NCBI GenBank assembly: GCA_038127595.1
Contig: JAYPIC010000027.1
Span: forward strand, 1-23,464
Length of the DNA stretch: 23,464 nt
From: a bacterium
Lineage (GTDB): Bacteria > Fidelibacterota > Marinisomatia > Marinisomatales > UBA1611
Direction of reading: 5' to 3'
Under the pieces are notes generated by a model, which was given only the letters and a program-made list of their open reading frames with translations, did not search any database and was not told the DNA's origin. Numbering within the stretch: the stretch's first letter is position 1; each line of letters starts with the position of its first letter. A program made the translations under genes and the position numbers. Shown here in pieces: positions 17,699 to 23,464 of this stretch.

Positions 17699-18028
17699 TT
17701 AACCACCACTGGCTTTTACTTTAAAGCCTCTTTCAATTAAAATGTTCATAACTTTTTCTCGATGATTTCCTTGAATTAAAATCTGTTTATCTTTTACTGA
17801 TCCTCCGACACCACATGCTCTTTTAAGTTCTTTTGATATTTTTATTAATAGTTGGTCATTCCCTTTCATTCCAGTTACCACGGTAAGAATTCTATTTCCC
17901 GGTAACCTTTTAAGAAGACATTTAAGATTTTGTTTAACATTAGGTATTTGCTCTATACTTTCTGATTTTTCATTTTCAAATGAAAAATTTTCATCTGTAG
18001 AGTAAACAATGTTTTTTCGTTTTTTCAT
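17699..18028 (-). CDS. yciH: Translation initiation factor SUI1/eIF1-related protein
   Basis: IVYST N-terminus, KELKRACGVGGSVKDKQILIQGNHREKV, and C-terminal GFKVKASGG. Confidence 0.92.
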   Translation of the reverse strand: MKKRKNIVYSTDENFSFENEKSESIEQIPNVKQNLKCLLKRLPGNRILTVVTGMKGNDQLLIKISKELKRACGVGGSVKDKQILIQGNHREKVMNILIERGFKVKASGG

Positions 18029-18088
18029 ATTTTTTCAAGAAGAATAATTTTAATTTTTGTAAAACTCCAATCAAATAAATTTTAAAGC

Positions 18089-19429
18089 ATGGAAGTCGCT
18101 AAAAATATAAAATATTTTAAATTATACATATCTCAATTCTTTTTTTTTCTATGTACAATAAAAGGTCAATCATATAATGATCTATCCATAGATCTTGACC
18201 AAGCATATTTTAATTTAAATGAACTTAATTTTGAAACGAACATTTCAGCAGATAGTCTTAACAATGGCAAGCTAAAAATTAATTCCTTTCAATTTGGTTT
18301 TGATAAAATCAATTTTGATAACATAAAGGATAAATCTATAAAAATGAAAGTTCATGGACCTGAACTTTTTATTGATTTTATGGAATTTCGTTCAAATTAC
18401 ATTCTCCCAAACTACTATAGCCTACTACTATCTGACCTTTCTGACAAAAGATACGAATATCCATATGATGGTTTAGAGATACTGCAAAAAGCAATAGAAA
18501 CCTATTTCTTAAAATTTGATAGATATCCTAATGATTATAATGACTTGGTAACAGAATCAATGATCAGTTCTAATAAATATCCTTTTAAAAATAAGAATTG
18601 GAGCTATCATTTATTTCTCCCAGATAGCATAGTTGTAAAAACTACCTCGCAATATAGATTTCCTAAAAAATCTGTCAATTTAGATTGGGAAACAAGAACG
18701 ATAATAAATAAACAATCAGATATTTATTCAAAAGATGAGATAAACTGGTCACTCTATTGGAAGATAAGCAATATCAAGCAAACATTTATTTCGGATATAG
18801 ATATAAATCTCTCCAGCGATAAACTCGGTTTAGAAATATATCAACAAAAAGGTAATTTCAATTTGGAAAATATGTCAGTTGCATTGGTGCCTAATAATGA
18901 TCTTTTTGAACAAACCTTATTTAAAATGAACAATGTGATTCTTGAAATAAATGATCTATTTCTTCAATATTCTAATGACAATACTACACCTACAATCCAA
19001 AATGGAAATGGAGATTTTTCAATAAAAAATATTGATCTGAAGCTGCCTCCAACATTAATTAAAGATGAAACAATGAGGCATGTAATGCAAGATCTTGGTG
19101 TCCGCAATGGTTTGGTTAGAGTAAGAAGAATAGATCTACAGTTTAGATTTTACGATAACGAATTTGGTGCAATCAGTGCTTTAATTAATAGTCCTTTTCT
19201 TAATATTAGACTAGAAGGGCAATTTTCTATTGATACGAAAAAGAAAGATATAAGATACTTAGATCTATTTGATACAGAATTAAGAATTAATCCTATTTCC
19301 TATGGTGTTAGAGATATTATTAGAGAATGGGAGATAAGAAATAATAAAAATCTAAATAGAGAAGGATCAGTGATCGTTTTAAAACTTACTGGCCCTCTAA
19401 AAAAACCTTTGATACAAGGTATTAACTAA
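18089..19429 (+). CDS. Hypothetical exported beta-rich protein
   Basis: 446-aa ORF with a hydrophobic N-terminal segment. The C-terminus (VLKLTGPLKKPLI) resembles the ends of AsmA/GspN-type proteins. There is an internal pseudopilin-like segment. Function not assignable. Confidence 0.65.
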   Translation: MEVAKNIKYFKLYISQFFFFLCTIKGQSYNDLSIDLDQAYFNLNELNFETNISADSLNNGKLKINSFQFGFDKINFDNIKDKSIKMKVHGPELFIDFMEFRSNYILPNYYSLLLSDLSDKRYEYPYDGLEILQKAIETYFLKFDRYPNDYNDLVTESMISSNKYPFKNKNWSYHLFLPDSIVVKTTSQYRFPKKSVNLDWETRTIINKQSDIYSKDEINWSLYWKISNIKQTFISDIDINLSSDKLGLEIYQQKGNFNLENMSVALVPNNDLFEQTLFKMNNVILEINDLFLQYSNDNTTPTIQNGNGDFSIKNIDLKLPPTLIKDETMRHVMQDLGVRNGLVRVRRIDLQFRFYDNEFGAISALINSPFLNIRLEGQFSIDTKKKDIRYLDLFDTELRINPISYGVRDIIREWEIRNNKNLNREGSVIVLKLTGPLKKPLIQGIN

Positions 19430-19432
19430 ATA

Positions 19433-20572
19433 CTACTTTCTAGCCATCCTGCTATTTAACTGCTTTAATTCAAGTCTTACAGCAGACACAAGTCTACTAC
19501 TAGGGTATTTTTTGAGAAAAGTTTTATACTCTTTTTTAGCTTGTTTTCTATTCTCTAATACACTTCCATAAATATATGAAACCATATATTGCGAATCCTG
19601 AGCCTGAGCAGAAGTTGGAAATAGTTTTACTACAGCTTTATACTCTCTTATTGCAGCATTATAGTCTTTGAGATCGTTCATATAAATTTCGGCCTTTAAA
19701 AATTGAGACCTAGTTGCATACTTACTCTCTTTAAATGAATTAACAATATTATCCAATACAAGGACGGATGATTCAATATTTTTCTTTCTTAATTTTTGAG
19801 CTCTAGTATAGAGTTCTTTCGGTCCCCAGTGGAGGTCATATAAAAATAATCCTTCATCGTACCGACTACGCTGTATACTATTACCATCTGCTGCGTATTC
19901 AACCCAGATACCATCCATTTCACCGTCAGAATAACTGCCATCACGCTTTAGCTCACCATTTTCGTGCCAAAATGTCCAATGACCATTCTGTATACCTCTA
20001 AAATAGTCTCCTTCTTCTTTTTTACTACCATTTGAGTACCAAGAAGAATAAGAACTATCTAGCTTGCCAGCGTAATAAAAAGCTTCTTCTTTAACCTGAC
20101 CATCCTCGAACCATTTTGTAATAGGACCTTCAAGACCACCATCGACGTAAGTAAGGATAGTTTTGGTGTTTCCATTAGGATACCATTTAACATGCTCACC
20201 AGTTGGAATACCATCTTTCCAGCTACCCTCTTGCCATTGTTGCCCGGTTTTATAATAAAAGGTCCAATTACCAGTAAAACCATGCATTGCAATTTTAGTT
20301 TCAGGGTCTATTTTTGAACCATTACCATCAAAATATTTACCAACCGCCATTTTTGACCCATTAGTGTGGTAGTATTCCCACTTTCCATTCCTCAATCCAT
20401 TTCGCAGCCTACCCTTGACCTTTAGATCCCCATTAGGCCAATACTCAAAAACCTTTCCGGAGTATGGATACATCATGACACCATTACTTGAAGTTTCTAA
20501 TTCCTCTAAGTTCAGCCCTTGTTGGGAGTAAGAAAAAGATATTAAAATTATAAAATAAAAGATTTTTTTCAT
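19433..20572 (-). CDS. Secreted MORN-variant repeat (YwqK-like) protein with C-terminal TPR domain (BamD/YbgF-like)
   Basis: Repeats of W.x.Y/F.x.NG...EG.Y..G...G.W followed by helical TPRs (SQFLKAEIY, YKAVVKLFPTS, FLKKYPSS). Start set at ATG 20572 (MKKIFYFIILISFSYS signal peptide). Confidence 0.8.
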   Translation of the reverse strand: MKKIFYFIILISFSYSQQGLNLEELETSSNGVMMYPYSGKVFEYWPNGDLKVKGRLRNGLRNGKWEYYHTNGSKMAVGKYFDGNGSKIDPETKIAMHGFTGNWTFYYKTGQQWQEGSWKDGIPTGEHVKWYPNGNTKTILTYVDGGLEGPITKWFEDGQVKEEAFYYAGKLDSSYSSWYSNGSKKEEGDYFRGIQNGHWTFWHENGELKRDGSYSDGEMDGIWVEYAADGNSIQRSRYDEGLFLYDLHWGPKELYTRAQKLRKKNIESSVLVLDNIVNSFKESKYATRSQFLKAEIYMNDLKDYNAAIREYKAVVKLFPTSAQAQDSQYMVSYIYGSVLENRKQAKKEYKTFLKKYPSSRLVSAVRLELKQLNSRMARK

Positions 20573-20661
20573 GATTTTTCTAATAATTTGTTTACGTCGG
20601 ATGCAGATTAACTTAACTACATTTAGATTAAGTGGCAATCCGAACTATTAATTTGTTATTT

Positions 20662-22044
20662 TTACTCATCAACATTCACTCTAGATAAAAAATTTCCTTT
20701 GATCTCGTAAGATGTTTCAACTTTACCACTCTCTAAGTAGTAAGTCCATCTACCATTTTCTTTACCGTTACTATAACTACCTTCTTCCTTAATTTGACCA
20801 TTGGAGTACCATTTCCTACGAGCGCCATCCAACTTACCATTTCTGTACCTTCTCTCTTCCCTGGCCTGCAATTCATACCATTCTTTCCATAAACCCGTTT
20901 TAAGGTCATTTAAGTAATGTCTCTCTTCTTTCCTCGCGCCATCAATAAACCAACTTTGCCACTTACCTTCTTTCTTACCATCTACAAAATTTTTCTCTTC
21001 CTTCTTTTGTCCATTATCGTACCAATAAACCCACTTTCCATCTTCTTTACCTGAATTATAATTAATTTTATGCTTCATAAAGCCATTGGAATAATATTGA
21101 ACCCAATCTCCAGATGGTAGCCCGTTATCATAATTTCTCTCCTCTTTCAGCTGCCCATTCTCAAACCAATATTTCCAATTACCAACAGGTACTTGCTCCT
21201 TATAACTAATGTCCTCCATCATTTGACCGCTCAAGAACCATTTTTGAAGCCTACCATTCCACCAACCATCTTTGAAAGTTACCATTTTTTCCTTTTGCCC
21301 AGATGGATACCAATATGTCCATGTACCGTCTTCTTTACCATTATTGTAATTGCCCTCTATTCTTAGAAGACCATTATCATGCCACTCTGCCCAGTATCCG
21401 TGTTTTAGACCGTGCCTGTAGCTATATTGCCTTTCAGGTTGCCCATTTGCAAACCACTCCATCCATTTTCCGTCCTTAACGGAATTCTTGTAAGAGCCTT
21501 CAAGCATTTTATTACCATTTTCCCAGATATCAAAAACTGGTCCAGTGTATGGCTCTGGAGAGCTTTCTTGATATAAGACATCACCCCTCCTGACAAGTAG
21601 AGACATAAAAATTGGATCTTTAACAGAGCCATCTAACTTAAAATAAGTGTACTCACTAGATAGCTTACCACCCTCATAAAACACTTCATAGGAAGTTTCT
21701 CCAGTCTGATAAAGACCGTATGCTAAGCCCCAATATTCTCTGTCTGTCCCAGGGAAATACTTTTTCCCATCCTTGAGATCAAGTCTATTTTCCTCAACAG
21801 GAACTATTATCGAACCTTCATTATCATAGTAGGTGTAAGAACCATCAATAGCACCAAGGTCAAAAACTCCCTCTCTCATCTTAGAGCCAGTACTATAAAG
21901 TCTATAAACCTTACCAGAATAAGGTTTGCTGTTTTTTGGATTATACAATAATCCTCTTTTAGACTCTAACTCTGATTCATTGATAAGGTCAGAACAACCG
22001 ATAGCAAAAAGTAGCATAACCAATAATAATAGGCGGAAAATCAT
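20662..22044 (-). CDS. MORN-variant repeat (YwqK-like) lipoprotein
   Basis: Lipobox-like LFAIGC at residue 17 and more than ten ~24-aa repeats of the form G.W..W..NGQ..EE..Y..GK.. Confidence 0.85.
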   Translation of the reverse strand: MIFRLLLLVMLLFAIGCSDLINESELESKRGLLYNPKNSKPYSGKVYRLYSTGSKMREGVFDLGAIDGSYTYYDNEGSIIVPVEENRLDLKDGKKYFPGTDREYWGLAYGLYQTGETSYEVFYEGGKLSSEYTYFKLDGSVKDPIFMSLLVRRGDVLYQESSPEPYTGPVFDIWENGNKMLEGSYKNSVKDGKWMEWFANGQPERQYSYRHGLKHGYWAEWHDNGLLRIEGNYNNGKEDGTWTYWYPSGQKEKMVTFKDGWWNGRLQKWFLSGQMMEDISYKEQVPVGNWKYWFENGQLKEERNYDNGLPSGDWVQYYSNGFMKHKINYNSGKEDGKWVYWYDNGQKKEEKNFVDGKKEGKWQSWFIDGARKEERHYLNDLKTGLWKEWYELQAREERRYRNGKLDGARRKWYSNGQIKEEGSYSNGKENGRWTYYLESGKVETSYEIKGNFLSRVNVDE

Positions 22045-22145
22045 ACCATAAATTAAAAGAAAATTTTAATAGCTCTAACCAAATAATTATTATTTAATTT
22101 CATTATTATTAATATGCGTAAATAATTCTACAAAATGATCATTTC

Positions 22146-23276
22146 ATGGACATAGATCGAATATTATCATTACTGAAAAAAGATCTCGAGTATTTTGGTG
22201 CCGATCACACGGTTTCAAAAATTGAATTATACAGAAAATATCAGAAATATCTCAAAATATGGAAACTTGATAATTTTGAAACCATTGATGAGAAGTTAAA
22301 CGCTAGCAAAAACATAGAAAAAGCTCATAAAGCATATGATTTCATAAAGGCAAATTGGAATTACATCCTGTTCCTTAAGAAAAAAGAAGAATCCTATGAT
22401 CGATATATTATCATCATCGTCTTTGTTTTTTTATTCGTATCCATGATGACCTATATGCAAAAAAGAGCTAACAATCGTGTTAGAGAAGCAAAAATACAGG
22501 CAGTTGAAGTTCATGAATCTAATTGGGCTTGGACACATGGCGTATCAGATACGTTAATAAAAATGTCAAAAATGAATGCTCTTGATGACTTTTGGGGTAA
22601 AGTGATAAAAGACTCAGTAGAAATAGAAGATTATTTAACTTTTTGGCCACATACATTAAATAGGCATGAGCAAAGTAAAATAAGACAAGAAATTATTAAT
22701 GGATCTGCAAAGCATACCGTTTTTCCAAACGAAGAATATCAAAGAAAAAGTACAACATATCTAACTAATAGAGCATTGACTGTAGAGAACAACAAAATAC
22801 CTAAAATAATTTTTGAGAAAATAACATTTTATAGAAATCATTACGAGATGACCTTTAATTATTCATTTGATGAAAAATATAAAGAGCAAAAAATATTAAA
22901 TGTTGATTTTGGGCCGGTAAATATCATTGAGCCAAAGTATTACATATACTCAAGCGCTAATGACTCAATTTGGACCAAATTACCAAAATACCCCATCCTT
23001 CTGGATAATTTTATGGAAAATTGCGTCAGTTGTGGCGGAGGGATCGAAATGAACGAACTAAAGAAAGCAAAAAACACTAAATGTGTTTTTCGTTTTGCAG
23101 TCTCTTTGCCCTACCAAACTAAACTAGTTTATTTTAGAGGCGTTGGAAGCCCAATAGACGACGTGCCTTTAAATATAAAACCATACATAAATAAGTTAAA
23201 ACAAGAGTGGATGGAAAAATTACCTTATAGACCATTAGAATGGAAAAAATGGAAACCAATTGTACTAAGTGAGTAG
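22146..23276 (+). CDS. Membrane protein with N-terminal degenerate J-domain-like region and large C-terminal domain
   Basis: 376-aa ORF. Residues 14-68 follow the DnaJ J-domain pattern but with KLD in place of HPD. Single TM at about residues 87-103. CVSC in the C-terminal part. Confidence 0.65.
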   Translation: MDIDRILSLLKKDLEYFGADHTVSKIELYRKYQKYLKIWKLDNFETIDEKLNASKNIEKAHKAYDFIKANWNYILFLKKKEESYDRYIIIIVFVFLFVSMMTYMQKRANNRVREAKIQAVEVHESNWAWTHGVSDTLIKMSKMNALDDFWGKVIKDSVEIEDYLTFWPHTLNRHEQSKIRQEIINGSAKHTVFPNEEYQRKSTTYLTNRALTVENNKIPKIIFEKITFYRNHYEMTFNYSFDEKYKEQKILNVDFGPVNIIEPKYYIYSSANDSIWTKLPKYPILLDNFMENCVSCGGGIEMNELKKAKNTKCVFRFAVSLPYQTKLVYFRGVGSPIDDVPLNIKPYINKLKQEWMEKLPYRPLEWKKWKPIVLSE

Positions 23277-23290
23277 CTAAAACTATAAGA

Positions 23291-23464
23291 CTACTCTATA
23301 TTGATCTTTTTCCCATCCTCATTCCAGTAGTTCCAAACACCATCTTTAATACCATTCTTATAATCACCTGATTTTTCTGTTTGACCATTCTCGTACCAGG
23401 AGATATACAAACCATGTAATTTTCCGAATTGATAATTCATTTTCCATTTTCTTCCACCAGAACT
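23291..23464 (-). CDS. MORN-variant repeat protein, C-terminal fragment (gene starts beyond the window; not in the ORF track)
   Basis: Manual translation: SSGGRKWKMNYQFGKLHGLYISWYENGQTEKSGDYKNGIKDGVWNYWNEDGKKINIE-TAG, stop at 23291-23293. Confidence 0.85.
   Translation of the reverse strand, partial: SSGGRKWKMNYQFGKLHGLYISWYENGQTEKSGDYKNGIKDGVWNYWNEDGKKINIE

Overview
AT-rich bacterial chromosomal window, mostly housekeeping and cell-envelope genes. Gene content and style suggest an FCB-superphylum marine organism such as Marinimicrobia; this is inference only. In order it holds: a truncated secreted protein, leuS, a DUF481-like beta-barrel, a standalone 88-aa secreted poly-Lys peptide gene, a GldA/GldF/GldG-type ABC operon with a DUF4340-like gene, an orphan long GroES paralogue, three exported peptidases (S9A, M28, M15D/VanX), an FGE-sulfatase-domain protein, tRNA-Gly(GCC), a yciH-to-mauE operon, and MORN-repeat proteins around a membrane protein with a degenerate J-domain. 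The main hidden feature is a selenoprotein that the ORF track cuts short. The UshA-like ORF at 16502..17500 (-) extends in frame through a TGA at 17552..17554 to an ATG at 17689. That gives a 395-aa predicted lipoprotein with a C-G-U motif, and the UGA is followed by an fdhF-like SECIS hairpin. Its metal-binding motifs are degenerate, it ends in a His-rich tail, and it sits in one apparent operon with a dithiol rhodanese and a CGC-motif MauE/DoxX membrane protein. Together these suggest an extracytoplasmic selenol/thiol redox or sulfur-transfer module. No mobile elements, CRISPR arrays or rRNA were seen.
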